A DNA stretch of 64,000 nt from a bacterium (GTDB taxonomy: Bacteria > NPL-UPA2 > JAUVJM01), in the NCBI GenBank assembly GCA_030606215.1, contig JAUWGW010000003.1:4407-68406 (forward strand), given 5' to 3'. The position numbers and the translations under genes are program-made. The notes under the pieces are model-generated. The model worked only from the letters and a program-made list of their open reading frames with translations, did no database searches and was not told where the DNA came from. Below, piece after piece: positions 24,110 to 35,538 of this stretch; the first letter of the stretch is position 1; each line of letters opens with the position of its first letter.

Positions 24110-24598
24110 ATGCGCATACTCGGGATTGACCCTGGCACCTCAACAGTTGGATGGGGCATAATAGATGGAACAGATTACAGGTTACATTTGGTAGCGTATG
24201 GGAAAGTTTCCACACCTTCCAAATTTTCTTTTCCTGAAAAGTTGAAGAGAATCTCTGAGGGGATTGAGAAAGTTATCCTTGAGCATAAACCGGAAGCCCT
24301 CTCTGTTGAGGAACCTTTTCTTGCAAAGAATCCGAAGGCATCCCTCAGAATTGGTCAGGTAGTTGGAGCGATAGAACTGACTGCGCTGAACAGCGGAATT
24401 GAGGTCGCAGGCTACAGTGTTCTTGAGATTAAACAGGCTGTGGTTGGTTACGGCAGGGCAGATAAAGGACAGGTGCAGGATATGGTCAAGGTTCTGCTCC
24501 ATCTGGATACAGTGCCTGAGCCGGAAGATGCGGCTGACGCTCTTGCGGCTGCAATCTGCCATCAGCATAGCAGAAATCCAAGGCTCAAGGAATTATGA
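24110..24598 (+). CDS. ruvC: Holliday junction resolvase RuvC
   Basis: MRILGIDPGTSTVGWGII, with a catalytic acidic residue near the C-terminus (PEDAADALAAAICH). Confidence 0.95.
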   Translation: MRILGIDPGTSTVGWGIIDGTDYRLHLVAYGKVSTPSKFSFPEKLKRISEGIEKVILEHKPEALSVEEPFLAKNPKASLRIGQVVGAIELTALNSGIEVAGYSVLEIKQAVVGYGRADKGQVQDMVKVLLHLDTVPEPEDAADALAAAICHQHSRNPRLKEL

Positions 24599-25188
24599 TT
24601 GACTATATTTGTGGGAAACTCATAACTAAACTGCCGACTTATATAATGATTGATGTAAACGGGGTGGGGTATGGTTTGCATATCCCTCTTTCCACATATG
24701 CTCGACTTGGTGAAGTTGAAGGCACTCAGGAAATTTATACATATCTCTACGTGCGTGATGATGCGATGCAGCTTTATGGTTTTGTGAGCAGGGAAGAGAA
24801 GGAACTTTTTGAATTGCTTCTTTCTGTTACAGGTGTGGGGCCAAGAATGGCTCTCGGAATTCTATCAACATTGTCTGTAGATGAATTCAGGCAGGCAGTG
24901 AACAGTGAAGATGTGTCTCTTTTAACAACGGTCCCTGGAATTGGAAGGAAAACGGGGGAGAGGTTGTTGCTTGAGCTGAGAGACAAGATAGGTGTGAGTA
25001 TACCTGAACCTGTGACTGGGAAAATAGCGAAAGTTGCCGCGGACAGTGCAAGAGATGCGATATCTGCGCTGATGTCTCTCGGCTGTAAACCACAGGAGGC
25101 AGCAAGAGCAATTAGAACTGCGAGGAAGCATCTCCCCGAAGGATGCAGTCTGGAAGAATTAATAAGGGAGGCTTTAAAACACCTTTAA
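24595..25188 (+). CDS. ruvA: Holliday junction branch migration protein RuvA
   Basis: MIDYICGKL..., HhH motifs (VTGVGPRMALGIL, VPGIGRKTGERL). 4-nt overlap with ruvC. Confidence 0.95.
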   Translation: MIDYICGKLITKLPTYIMIDVNGVGYGLHIPLSTYARLGEVEGTQEIYTYLYVRDDAMQLYGFVSREEKELFELLLSVTGVGPRMALGILSTLSVDEFRQAVNSEDVSLLTTVPGIGRKTGERLLLELRDKIGVSIPEPVTGKIAKVAADSARDAISALMSLGCKPQEAARAIRTARKHLPEGCSLEELIREALKHL

Positions 25189-26208
25189 ATGAAAAAAAGT
25201 ATAGTTACTCCGTCAAGGATGAAGGAAGATAGCGAACTTGATCTAAAACTTCGCCCGCAGTTTCTCAAAGATTTTGTTGGGCAGGAGAAAATCAAGGAAC
25301 AGTTGCAAATATTTATTAAGGCTGCGAAAAAGCGCGGGGATGCTTTAGACCATGTTCTTTTCTACGGACCGCCAGGTCTTGGTAAGACAACTCTTGCTAA
25401 TATAGTGGCGAGGGAGCTTGGGGTCAACATCAATGGCACCTCAGGTCCCGTCATTGAGCGTCCAATAGACCTCTCTGCAATTTTGAGTCATCTCAAGGAA
25501 AAAGATATTCTTTTCATAGATGAAGTGCATCGTCTAAACCATGTTGTCGAGGAAATCCTTTACCCCGCTATGGAAGATTTCAAACTGGACATAATGATAG
25601 GTAAAGGTCCAAGCGCTCGCAGTGTAAAACTTGAACTTCCTCAATATACTCTCATTGGAGCAACAACAAGGGCGGGACTTATTACCTCCCCTCTGCGAGC
25701 GAGGTTCGGCATTATAATACGGGTTGGTTATTACAACCATGAAGAGATGGAAAAAATTGTGAGAAGGTCAGCAACTATCCTTGATATTGAGATGGAGGAT
25801 AAGGGGGGAGTGGAAATAGCAAGAAGGTCGCGTGGCACTCCGAGGGTTGCCAACAGGCTGCTGAAAAGGGTAAGAGATTATGCGGAGGTTAAAGCTGATG
25901 GTAGAATTAGCGTGAATGTCGCAGGTAAAGCACTTGAAATGCTTGAGGTGGATGAATTTGGACTTGATGATATGGATAAATTTATATTGACAACCATAGT
26001 GGAAAAATTTAATGGCGGACCTGTGGGTTTAAGTACTATATCATCCGCGGTTGGTGAGGAAAGCGATACTATTGAGGAGGTATATGAACCATATCTTGTG
26101 CAGGAAGGTTATCTGGAAAGAACTCCCAGAGGACGTAAGGTTACCGAGCGAGGCTACGAATGTCTGAAACTTAAGAAAAGAAGCGGGAAACAGGGTAACC
26201 TATGGTAG
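25189..26208 (+). CDS. ruvB: Holliday junction DNA helicase RuvB
   Basis: [14 protein letters not shown], Walker [10 protein letters not shown], Walker [19 protein letters not shown]. Confidence 0.97.
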   Translation: MKKSIVTPSRMKEDSELDLKLRPQFLKDFVGQEKIKEQLQIFIKAAKKRGDALDHVLFYGPPGLGKTTLANIVARELGVNINGTSGPVIERPIDLSAILSHLKEKDILFIDEVHRLNHVVEEILYPAMEDFKLDIMIGKGPSARSVKLELPQYTLIGATTRAGLITSPLRARFGIIIRVGYYNHEEMEKIVRRSATILDIEMEDKGGVEIARRSRGTPRVANRLLKRVRDYAEVKADGRISVNVAGKALEMLEVDEFGLDDMDKFILTTIVEKFNGGPVGLSTISSAVGEESDTIEEVYEPYLVQEGYLERTPRGRKVTERGYECLKLKKRSGKQGNLW

Positions 26209-27233
26209 AAACAGTGGGTTTTGAATATGCGTTGCCGGAAGAACTAATTGCTCAGCAGCCTGCGAAAGTGCGCGATGAGTGTAATCTTTTGGTTCTTGAC
26301 AGGAAGAAAAAGTCAATTTGTCACAGCATTTTCAAAGGCCTTCCCTCTTTCCTTGAAGAAGGGGACATTCTTGTGATGAATGATACACTTGTAATCCCTG
26401 CCAGGCTCATTGGTGTTAAGGAAGAAACAGGTGCCAGAGTTGAGGTTTTTCTCCTCAGGGAAAGAGAGAATTCTTCCTGGGAAGTCCTTATGAGACCATC
26501 GAAGAGAGTAAGAATTGGTGGAAGTATCAACTTCTGCGGGGGGAAATTAAGGGCAATACCAAAAGAAAAAGTCAATGATGGGAAATGGATTGTCACCTTT
26601 GAGTATTCGGATGATTTCTACCGGATTCTTGAGGAAGTGGGCGAGGTTCCTCTTCCGCCGTATATCAGGAGAGAAGCCCGGATGGAGGATAGAGAAAGAT
26701 ATCAAACAGTTTATGCTGAAAAGCCCGGAGCAGTCGCGGCTCCTACTGCGGGATTACATTTTACAAAAGAGTTACTTAATCTACTCAGAGGGAAAGGAGT
26801 AAAAGTTGTAAATGTCACACTTTCCACAGGAGCGGGAACATTTAGACCGATTAAAGAAGAAAGGATTGAAGAGCACTTCATAGAACCTGAATTCTATGAG
26901 ATTGGGGAATCTGCCTGCGGCATCATAAATGAAAGGGAGCCGGGGAAGAAGGTAGTTTCGGTGGGGACAACCACAACGAGGGTTCTTGAGACGGTTAGCG
27001 GTGAAGATGGGAAACTCAAAGCTGGGAATGGTTGGACTGACCTTTTCATCTATCCGGGATATAAGTTTAAAACAGTTAACTCTTTAATCACGAATTTCCA
27101 CCCTCCCCGTTCAACAACTTTTGTTCTTACCTGCACTTTCTGCGGAAGGGATTTCCTGCTGAAAGCATATCAGTCTGCTATTGAGAAAAAATATCGTTTT
27201 TTTAGTTATGGGGATGCAATGCTTGTATTGTAG
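26202..27233 (+). CDS. queA: tRNA preQ1(34) S-adenosylmethionine ribosyltransferase-isomerase QueA
   Basis: [50 protein letters not shown]. Confidence 0.95.
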   Translation: MVETVGFEYALPEELIAQQPAKVRDECNLLVLDRKKKSICHSIFKGLPSFLEEGDILVMNDTLVIPARLIGVKEETGARVEVFLLRERENSSWEVLMRPSKRVRIGGSINFCGGKLRAIPKEKVNDGKWIVTFEYSDDFYRILEEVGEVPLPPYIRREARMEDRERYQTVYAEKPGAVAAPTAGLHFTKELLNLLRGKGVKVVNVTLSTGAGTFRPIKEERIEEHFIEPEFYEIGESACGIINEREPGKKVVSVGTTTTRVLETVSGEDGKLKAGNGWTDLFIYPGYKFKTVNSLITNFHPPRSTTFVLTCTFCGRDFLLKAYQSAIEKKYRFFSYGDAMLVL

Positions 27234-28352
<1,119 letters not shown>

Positions 28353-28374
28353 GGAATCAAAATAGGAGGATGAT

Positions 28375-28719
28375 ATGTTAGAAGAAGGCTATTGTTTAGC
28401 GGCAGCATCTGGTGGCGGGCTCCCTGGTGGCGGGCTTCCTCAAGCTCCAATGATTACATTATTATGGCCATGGATTGTTATCTTTGCCATATTCTACCTG
28501 CTTATCTTCCGCCCGCAGCGGTTGAAGCAAAGGGAGCTTGAGAAGACGGTCTCCGGATTGCAGAAGGGAGATAAAATTGTAACATCGGGTGGGCTTCTCG
28601 GGATTGTAGCAGGGCTTAAAGAGAAAACTGTTGTAGTGAAGATAGCGGACAATGTAAAAGTCGAGATTTTGCGAAGCTCCATCACGCATGTTGAGAAAAC
28701 AAAAACCAACAGTTCATAA
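28375..28719 (+). CDS. yajC: Preprotein translocase subunit YajC
   Basis: One TM helix followed by FRPQRLKQRE...LQKGDKIVTSGGLLGIV. tgt-yajC-secDF context. Confidence 0.9.
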   Translation: MLEEGYCLAAASGGGLPGGGLPQAPMITLLWPWIVIFAIFYLLIFRPQRLKQRELEKTVSGLQKGDKIVTSGGLLGIVAGLKEKTVVVKIADNVKVEILRSSITHVEKTKTNSS

Positions 28720-28745
28720 GCAATGTTAGGTTTTAAAACAATTGC

Positions 28746-28774
28746 TTGACAGATTATTTTACAAGCGGTATAAT
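28746..28774 (+). promoter_or_regulatory. Consensus sigma70 promoter (TTGACA-17 nt-TATAAT) for the inserted TA module
   Basis: TTGACA at 28746-28751, a 17-nt spacer, TATAAT at 28769-28774, 32 nt upstream of ATG 28806. Confidence 0.6.
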
Positions 28775-28805
28775 CAGATTGAAAGATAAATAGGGGGGTG
28801 AGAAT

Positions 28806-29597
28806 ATGGATACTTTTTATAAGAGATTGGGTATAAGAATAAAGAATTTTCGAGAGCAGTTGGCGCTGTCTCAAGAAAGGCTTGCAGATTTATTAGGATT
28901 AGGTCGGGTATCTATTTCTCAAATAGAGAATGGCGAGAGAAAAATAAGTGCGGAAGAAATGGCCAAGCTCTCTAAAATATTTAATATCCCCACAGATGTT
29001 CTTCTCGACTTAGAGCAAGATATAAAAGTGGTATTGGAAAGGGAAAAAGGAAAAATTCCAGTGGCAAAAACAAAAATACGAATAAGTGTTCCTCAGAAAG
29101 ATTTAGAGAAGTTTAAAGAGGTCTTAATCTATATTCTAAATAAGGTTGGATCAAAACCAAATATAGGGGAAACTGTCCTATATAAACTTCTTTATTTTAT
29201 TGATTTCAATTTCTATGAGAAATATGAAGAACAACTAATAGGAGCAACTTATTTAAAAAATCATTTTGGTCCCACTCCAAAGGAATTTAATAAAATTGTA
29301 AAGGAAATGGAGGGAAAAGATTTAGTGAAGATTAAAGACAAATACTTCCAATATCCACAAACAAAATATCTTCCTTTGCGAGAGCCTGATTTGACTAAGT
29401 TAAAGGCAAATGAAACAAAGATGATAGATGAAATTTTGGAAAAGTTTTCTAACATGAATGCTTCCGAAATAAGCGAATACTCTCATAATGATGTGCCCTG
29501 GCTAACTACAGAAAATGGCAAAATAATAGATTACGAATCAGTCTTTTACCGCACTGCTCAATATTCAGTAAGGTCTTATAGTGAAGAAGATATTTGA
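28806..29597 (+). CDS. XRE-family HTH fused to a Panacea (DUF4065/SocA-like) antitoxin domain
   Basis: HTH LSQERLADLLGLGRVSISQIENGER. Panacea-like TVLYKLLYFIDFNFYEKYEEQLIGATYLKNHFGPTP. Confidence 0.7.
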   Translation: MDTFYKRLGIRIKNFREQLALSQERLADLLGLGRVSISQIENGERKISAEEMAKLSKIFNIPTDVLLDLEQDIKVVLEREKGKIPVAKTKIRISVPQKDLEKFKEVLIYILNKVGSKPNIGETVLYKLLYFIDFNFYEKYEEQLIGATYLKNHFGPTPKEFNKIVKEMEGKDLVKIKDKYFQYPQTKYLPLREPDLTKLKANETKMIDEILEKFSNMNASEISEYSHNDVPWLTTENGKIIDYESVFYRTAQYSVRSYSEEDI

Positions 29598-29973
29598 TGA
29601 GGTTAAAAGACTTTCTGAATTTGAAAAAGATTTCAAAAAACTCTCCAGGAGATTCCGCACCCTTGAGAAAGATTTGGAAGTGTTTATAAAGACGCAACTT
29701 GAATTATTCCATAAGTTGAATATAGATAATAAAGGTATTGTTCAAATAGCCGATCTTGGCATAGACTATCCCAAAATATACAAAGCGAGAAAATTTGCTT
29801 GTAAGTCTTTGAAGGGCAAAGGAGTAGCAAGTGGTATAAGAATAACATATGCTTATTGTGAAAGTGAAGACAAGATAGAATTCATAGAGATTTATTATAA
29901 AGGTGATAAAAAGAATGAGGATAGGAGAAGGATAAAGAAATATTATGGGAAATGTAAAGTATACCATAAATAG
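29581..29973 (+). CDS. RelE/ParE-superfamily toxin (HigB/YafQ-like mRNA interferase candidate)
   Basis: 130 aa. FEKDFKKLSRRF...KARKFACKSLKGKGVASGIRITYAYCESEDKIEFIEIYYKGDKKNED fits the GKxgGyRviY...i.l..iY.K pattern. The GTG start overlaps the antitoxin by 17 nt. Confidence 0.6.
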   Translation: MKKIFDEVKRLSEFEKDFKKLSRRFRTLEKDLEVFIKTQLELFHKLNIDNKGIVQIADLGIDYPKIYKARKFACKSLKGKGVASGIRITYAYCESEDKIEFIEIYYKGDKKNEDRRRIKKYYGKCKVYHK

Positions 29974-30026
29974 TTTATTTGTCAGGACAATGTTGTTTAT
30001 CAAGGTTTAAGGAGGGAAGGGAAGAA

Positions 30027-32630
30027 ATGAAGAAGAATCTTAAAGGAAGGATAGTTTTAGTTTGTATTGTTGTATTCATCTCTCTGATTTACGCAATTCC
30101 CTCAACTCCGATTTATCGCCGCTTGCCAACCGGAGTTAAGAGATTTCTCCCGGGGAAGAAAATTAATCTTGGGCTTGACCTTCAGGGTGGCACACACCTT
30201 GTCCTTGAAATTGACACCGATGAGGCAATAGCGACTGCAGTCCGCCACTACATTACAGATATAAAACGGACATTGAACGGGAGGAAGATTAAATTAGCTT
30301 CTATAACGCCTGATAAACACAAGTTGAGTATTAAAATTCAAGAAGAAGCTGACATGTCCACTGCATATCAGATTCTAACAAAAGAGTATAAGAACTGGGA
30401 GGTTGAAACTGTGGGGGCAGATGAACTCTCCATGACTCTTCTTAGGAAAGAAGTGGAGGGGATTCAAGAGGCAGTCCAGCATCAGGCAGTGGAGACAATC
30501 AGAAATCGTGTAGATGAGTTTGGTGTTGCTGAACCGTCAATTCAGCCTCAGGGCAGAAACAGGATTGTTGTGCAACTACCGGGGTTGAAAGAGCCTGAGA
30601 GAGCTAAAGCACTTATCGGCAAAACAGCGAAATTGAGTTTTCACCTTACAAAGAAAACATCTCAACTCACGAGGATAATAACTGAGATTGATGAGAAAAA
30701 AGGTGCAGGTATCCGAACATATCTGAGAGATGTTGAGGGGGTTGGAGTTGGCTTTCGTGTCGAAGACGCAGAAGAAATATCCGCAATCCTTGAAAGAGAG
30801 GATGTTGCCGAATCCATTCCGACTGGTTTTCGGTTTGCATTCGGGAAAACTGTTGAAGATGAGTCGGGAAGAAAATGTCAGGGGCTTTATCTGATAAAAA
30901 AGAAACCTGAGCTTGGTGGAGAACTTCTTAAGAATGCCTATATTGGTTACGAGCGGATGCAGCCAATAGTTCATATAGAGTTCAAGAGGAGGGGAGCGCT
31001 CCTTTTTGAAAGAGTTACCGGAGCTAATGTTGGGGAACCTCTGGCTGTTGTTCTTGATGGGATAGTTCAGTCAGCGCCGATAATTCAAGATAAAATAGAG
31101 CGGACAAAGACTGGATACATAAGTGGTCGTTTTACACCTGATGAAGCAAAAGACCTCTCAAATATGTTGAAGGCAGGTGCACTTCCTGCATCAATCAGGA
31201 TTGAGTTTGAGAGTACAGTTGGCCCTTCTCTCGGTCAGGATTCAATCCAGAAGGGTGTGAAGGCGGCTATGATAGGTGCTATATTTGTTCTGGTATTCAT
31301 GGCTGTGTATTATCTCCTGTGCGGTTTAATTGCTGATTTTGCCTTAAGTTTAAATTTAATCATAGTGCTTGCAGTTCTTGCCGGACTCGGAGGGACTCTA
31401 ACGCTTCCGGGTATTGCAGGAATAATCCTGACCATTGGAATGTCTGTTGACGCAAATGTTCTCATATTTGAAAGGATGCGTGAAGAAATAAGGAGCGGGA
31501 AAAGTATCCGTGTAAGTATTGCAAGTGGTTATAAAAAAGCTCTTCTCACAATCCTTGATTCAAATATAACCACATTAATTGCGGCAATAGTCCTCTTCCA
31601 GTTTGGAACGGGACCAATACGCGGTTTCGCTGTTACTCTGAGCATAGGTATTATAGCCAGTATGTTTACAGCACTGGTGGTAACGAGGCTTATTCTTGAC
31701 ATTCTGGCAAGCAGGCGAAGATTCACAAGGATTTTGATGCTTGAGCTGGTCCGCAGGTCAAACATACATTTTGTTGGGCGGAGGCGCGTTGCTTTTGTCC
31801 TCTCTACTCTCGTAATCATTACAGGTGTTATCTCCACAACCAGTAGAGGAGCTGATAATCTCGGAATTGATTTTAGAGGGGGGACACTTCTCCTCCGCAC
31901 ATTCACTGAACCTGTTGATATAGAACGCGTCAGAGAATGTCTTGGTAGAGTTGGTCTTGAGAAAAGTATCCTCCAGCAATTTGAGGGCGGCAAGGGGATA
32001 ATTATCAGAACTGAAGTGGAAAGTGAAGTAGCTGCGCAGATTGATGATAGTCTCAGGGAGGAATTTGCGGGGATTCTTCAGGACCCGGGGAAATTTGGTC
32101 AAACGAGTTTTGTCGGTCCGGTTGTAGGGAAGGATCTGAGGAAGCAAGCGCTCCTTGCAATCGTCTTTGCCCTGTTAGGGATTGTTATCTATATATCGTG
32201 GCGGTTTCAGTTCAAATTTGCAATTGCCGCAATAGCCGCGCTTGTGCATGATGTTCTTATAACAATCGGCATTTTCTCATTTACCGGCAGGGAAATTACT
32301 CTTCCTGTAGTTGCGGCGCTTCTGATGATTATTGGTTACTCACTGAATGATACAATTGTTGTGTTTGACCGCATCAGAGAAAACATGCGTCTCCTCCGGA
32401 GGGAAAACTTCGCGCGAATCGTTGACAGGAGCATAAATCAGACGCTGAGCAGGACTATCCTCACTTCACTTACAACTTTCATAGTGGTTGTTTCTCTCTT
32501 CATTCTTGGTGGAGAGGTTATTAACGATTTTGCTTTCGCAATACTCATCGGGATAGTTGTTGGAACCTACTCCTCAATTTTCGTTGCAAGTCCTATCCTC
32601 GTTGAATGGTATAAAAAAGGTGGAAGATAA
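30027..32630 (+). CDS. secDF: Protein translocase subunit SecDF (fused)
   Basis: ATG 30027 follows AAGGAGGG and gives MKKNLKGRIVLVCIVVF. SecD periplasmic domain plus 6 TM, then SecF plus 6 TM (GYSLNDTIVVFDRIRE). The track start 29979 is probably a false extension. Confidence 0.93.
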   Translation: MKKNLKGRIVLVCIVVFISLIYAIPSTPIYRRLPTGVKRFLPGKKINLGLDLQGGTHLVLEIDTDEAIATAVRHYITDIKRTLNGRKIKLASITPDKHKLSIKIQEEADMSTAYQILTKEYKNWEVETVGADELSMTLLRKEVEGIQEAVQHQAVETIRNRVDEFGVAEPSIQPQGRNRIVVQLPGLKEPERAKALIGKTAKLSFHLTKKTSQLTRIITEIDEKKGAGIRTYLRDVEGVGVGFRVEDAEEISAILEREDVAESIPTGFRFAFGKTVEDESGRKCQGLYLIKKKPELGGELLKNAYIGYERMQPIVHIEFKRRGALLFERVTGANVGEPLAVVLDGIVQSAPIIQDKIERTKTGYISGRFTPDEAKDLSNMLKAGALPASIRIEFESTVGPSLGQDSIQKGVKAAMIGAIFVLVFMAVYYLLCGLIADFALSLNLIIVLAVLAGLGGTLTLPGIAGIILTIGMSVDANVLIFERMREEIRSGKSIRVSIASGYKKALLTILDSNITTLIAAIVLFQFGTGPIRGFAVTLSIGIIASMFTALVVTRLILDILASRRRFTRILMLELVRRSNIHFVGRRRVAFVLSTLVIITGVISTTSRGADNLGIDFRGGTLLLRTFTEPVDIERVRECLGRVGLEKSILQQFEGGKGIIIRTEVESEVAAQIDDSLREEFAGILQDPGKFGQTSFVGPVVGKDLRKQALLAIVFALLGIVIYISWRFQFKFAIAAIAALVHDVLITIGIFSFTGREITLPVVAALLMIIGYSLNDTIVVFDRIRENMRLLRRENFARIVDRSINQTLSRTILTSLTTFIVVVSLFILGGEVINDFAFAILIGIVVGTYSSIFVASPILVEWYKKGGR

Positions 32631-32801
32631 GGGGCAGGGGCAACTCCCCTTGCTCCGGGGAGCCCCCTTTTTGCTTGCCGGAGACAAGCAAAAAGCATTT
32701 CCCTAAGTCGCTGCGGTGGAGTCGCCCCTGCCCCTGTAGCTAATGGGTGTGGATAATTTAAGTGAAAATAGCGAAAGTCGCTTACAAATGTAAAAGTTTG
32801 G
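32631..32801. repeat. Composite structured intergenic region: a long palindrome plus a right-end fragment of the MITE-like element
   Basis: GGGGCAGGGGC (32631-32641) pairs with GCCCCTGCCCC (32724-32734). Inner hairpins are CTCCCC/GGGGAG and TTTTTGCTTG/CAAGCAAAAA. 32762-32801 (GTGAAAATAGCGAAAGTCGCTTACAAATGTAAAAGTTTGG) matches the right ends of copies A and B. Confidence 0.5.
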
Positions 32802-32833
32802 TATAGCTAATTGTAATAGATGAGTTCATTTTA

Positions 32834-34534
32834 ATGTCTGGTGTTTCATTTAAGAATATGGTCTGGGAAGTTTTAGCTCCTGATGCTCAATTGAGACAGA
32901 CGTTGTCTCGGCAGTTGGGGGTATCAGAGTTACTTGCCGGATTATTGATAAATCGCGGGATAAGCACTGTAGAGGAAGCAAAAGTTTTCCTCAGACCAGA
33001 ATTCAAGAATTTGCATGACCCTTTTCTACTGAATGGTATGGAGGAAGCCGTCAATCGTATTAGAGAAGCGCTCTCTAAGAGAGAAAAAATACTCATATAT
33101 GGAGATTATGATGTTGATGGATTAACAGCTACAGCTCTTCTCACATCAGTTTTGAAGGAGATGGGCGGAAGTGTGTATTCATACATACCTCACAGGACGA
33201 AAGAAGGCTATGGGCTAAACGAAGAGGCAGTTCACCTTGCGTATAAGGATGGCGTGAATCTGATTCTAACGGTTGACTGCGGGACAAATTCTCTCCGTGA
33301 GGTAATCCTTGCGCGCAAATTAGGGATAGACACGATAATTACCGACCATCATGAAGTTGAGTCCGTTGCGCTGCCACCGGCGGTAGCTGTCATAAACCCG
33401 CATCAGTTGGATTGTTCTTATCCCTGTAAAGACCTTTCGGGTGTTGGGGTAGCATTCAAGTTAGCTCAGGGGCTCTCGGGACTTCAGAATGTGGAGGAGT
33501 ATCTTGACTTAGTAGCACTCGGAACAGTTGCTGATATTGTTCCACTGAATGGAGAAAACCGTATCCTCGTAAGATATGGACTTGAGAAGCTGGCAAGGAC
33601 TAAAAAAGTAGGATTAAGAGCGCTGATGCAAACGTCAGGAATTTCAAAGGACAAACTGACAGCCCGGGAAATATCTTTCATCCTGGCTCCGCGCCTGAAC
33701 GCACCCGGAAGATTGGATTCGGCAGAGAAGAGTTTAAGGCTGCTATTGACCGAATCGGAGGAAGAAGCACTTTGCCTGGTGCGTGAGCTGGAAGAGAATA
33801 ACCGCAGGAGGCAGGTGATTCAGGAGAAGATCCTAAGAGGGGCGCAGGAGAAAATAGAAAAAGAACCGGAGAAGAAACTATGCCCGGTGATTGTTCTTGC
33901 GGATGAGTCCTGGCACCCGGGACTTGTCGGTATTGTTGCATCCAAACTCGTGGAGAGTTACTGTCGTCCGGCAATTCTTATAGCGATGGACAAGGAAAAG
34001 GGCAAGGGGTCTTGCCGCAGTATAGAGGAATTTCACATTCTCTATGCGCTCAGGGAATGCAGTCGATTACTCACCAGGTTCGGTGGACATAGCCGGGCCG
34101 CAGGACTGACTATACCAAAGAGGAACCTTGAAAAGTTTTGTGAGCAGATGCAGGAAGTCGGGAGAGAAAAGCTTGCGGGTAAGGATTTGCTGCCGAGATT
34201 AAGAATTGATATGGAATTGGATTTATCTGATGTCACAGAAGAGCTGGTTAAGGATATTATCTGCCTTAAGCCATACGGTTCCGGAAATAGTGAACCGGTG
34301 TTCATCTCACATAATGTGCAGGCAATACGTCCCCGCACTGTGTCCAACAGACATTTAAAAATGCAAGTTTTAAGAAATCGGAAAAGCATAGATGCAATTG
34401 GATTTGGTATGGGTGACTGCGCTGCAAATTTAAACAGGGGCGGGAGTATGGACATTGTTTATAACCCGCAGATGAATACCTGGGAAGGAAAGAGCGAACT
34501 CCAGTTGCAGATTAGAGATATCAGGGCTGGATAA
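32834..34534 (+). CDS. recJ: Single-stranded-DNA-specific exonuclease RecJ
   Basis: DHH motifs (IYGDYDVDG, VDCG, ITDHHE), DHHA1 (GGHSRAAG) and a C-terminal OB-like region. Confidence 0.93.
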   Translation: MSGVSFKNMVWEVLAPDAQLRQTLSRQLGVSELLAGLLINRGISTVEEAKVFLRPEFKNLHDPFLLNGMEEAVNRIREALSKREKILIYGDYDVDGLTATALLTSVLKEMGGSVYSYIPHRTKEGYGLNEEAVHLAYKDGVNLILTVDCGTNSLREVILARKLGIDTIITDHHEVESVALPPAVAVINPHQLDCSYPCKDLSGVGVAFKLAQGLSGLQNVEEYLDLVALGTVADIVPLNGENRILVRYGLEKLARTKKVGLRALMQTSGISKDKLTAREISFILAPRLNAPGRLDSAEKSLRLLLTESEEEALCLVRELEENNRRRQVIQEKILRGAQEKIEKEPEKKLCPVIVLADESWHPGLVGIVASKLVESYCRPAILIAMDKEKGKGSCRSIEEFHILYALRECSRLLTRFGGHSRAAGLTIPKRNLEKFCEQMQEVGREKLAGKDLLPRLRIDMELDLSDVTEELVKDIICLKPYGSGNSEPVFISHNVQAIRPRTVSNRHLKMQVLRNRKSIDAIGFGMGDCAANLNRGGSMDIVYNPQMNTWEGKSELQLQIRDIRAG

Positions 34535-34542
34535 GGAAAAGG

Positions 34543-35538
34543 ATGAGATTTAAGAAAATTGTAGAAAAGGAGATTTTAGATGATATAAGGAAACTTTTTT
34601 ATGAAGGGACCGGGCTCACAATCTCATTATGTGATATCGGGGAGACCGGGGCAGTTGATTTCTACCCGGAAAGAGAAAGAAACAAGTTCTGCAGGATTAT
34701 CCAGTCAGATAGTGAGGGAATAAGAAGGTGTCTTGAATCGGATTCCGCAGCAGTCAAGGAAGCATCAAGAAAAGGTGAACCGGAGATTTACATATGCCAT
34801 GCCGGCCTGACAAATGTGGCAATGTGTCTCAAGGTTAAAGGAAAGCGTGTTGGTTCAATACTTGCGGGGCAGTTTCTATCTGAGCCTCCGTCTGATAATG
34901 ATTTCAAAGAAATAAAGAAAAGGGTGAAAGAGCTTGGAATAAACATGCTTGAACTGAAGAAGGCTTACATGAAAATTAAAGTTTTTCAGAGAGATGAGCT
35001 TAACCTTGCTGTAAGATTGATATCGCTTATCTCCTCTTATATAATTGAGAAGGAACTATCTTATGCTTTGGAAAGACAACTTCTTAGGGAGCAGAAAAAA
35101 CTCGTGGAAAAGATGAGGGAAGAGGAAAAGCTCAAAATGCAGTTAAAAAAAGCAATGCCGTTCCTCACTTTTGACAACCTGTCATCTGACTCGAAAATGA
35201 GAGATAGGCGAATAGTGAAAGCCGCAAAGGAGTTTATAGAGACAAATTACAATGAGTCAATAAACCTTGATATGATATCACAAACTGTTTTCTTAAGCCC
35301 TAATTACTTCAGCACTTTCTTTAAGGAGAATACAGGATATAATGTTAGCGAATATCTCATTAAGGTTAGAATTGAGAAGGCGAAAGAGCTTCTTAAAGAT
35401 TTTAAGCTAACAGTAAGCAAGATATCTGAAATGGTTGGGTATGAAGACCCTAACTACTTCAATCAATTATTCAAGAGATTAGAAGGTATCCCGCCGGGAG
35501 AATACCGAAAAAAGGTTTCCCCACCGGAAAAATCCTAA
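34543..35538 (+). CDS. AraC-family transcriptional regulator with an N-terminal PocR-type sensor domain
   Basis: PocR-like FCRIIQSDSEGIRRCLESD...YICHAGL. C-terminal AraC double HTH (FLSPNYFSTFFKENTG, ISEMVGYEDPNYFNQLFKR). Confidence 0.8.
   Translation: MRFKKIVEKEILDDIRKLFYEGTGLTISLCDIGETGAVDFYPERERNKFCRIIQSDSEGIRRCLESDSAAVKEASRKGEPEIYICHAGLTNVAMCLKVKGKRVGSILAGQFLSEPPSDNDFKEIKKRVKELGINMLELKKAYMKIKVFQRDELNLAVRLISLISSYIIEKELSYALERQLLREQKKLVEKMREEEKLKMQLKKAMPFLTFDNLSSDSKMRDRRIVKAAKEFIETNYNESINLDMISQTVFLSPNYFSTFFKENTGYNVSEYLIKVRIEKAKELLKDFKLTVSKISEMVGYEDPNYFNQLFKRLEGIPPGEYRKKVSPPEKS

Noticed and set aside
31529-32147. Two minus-strand ORFs (154 and 129 aa)
   Set aside because: Both are antisense shadows within secDF.
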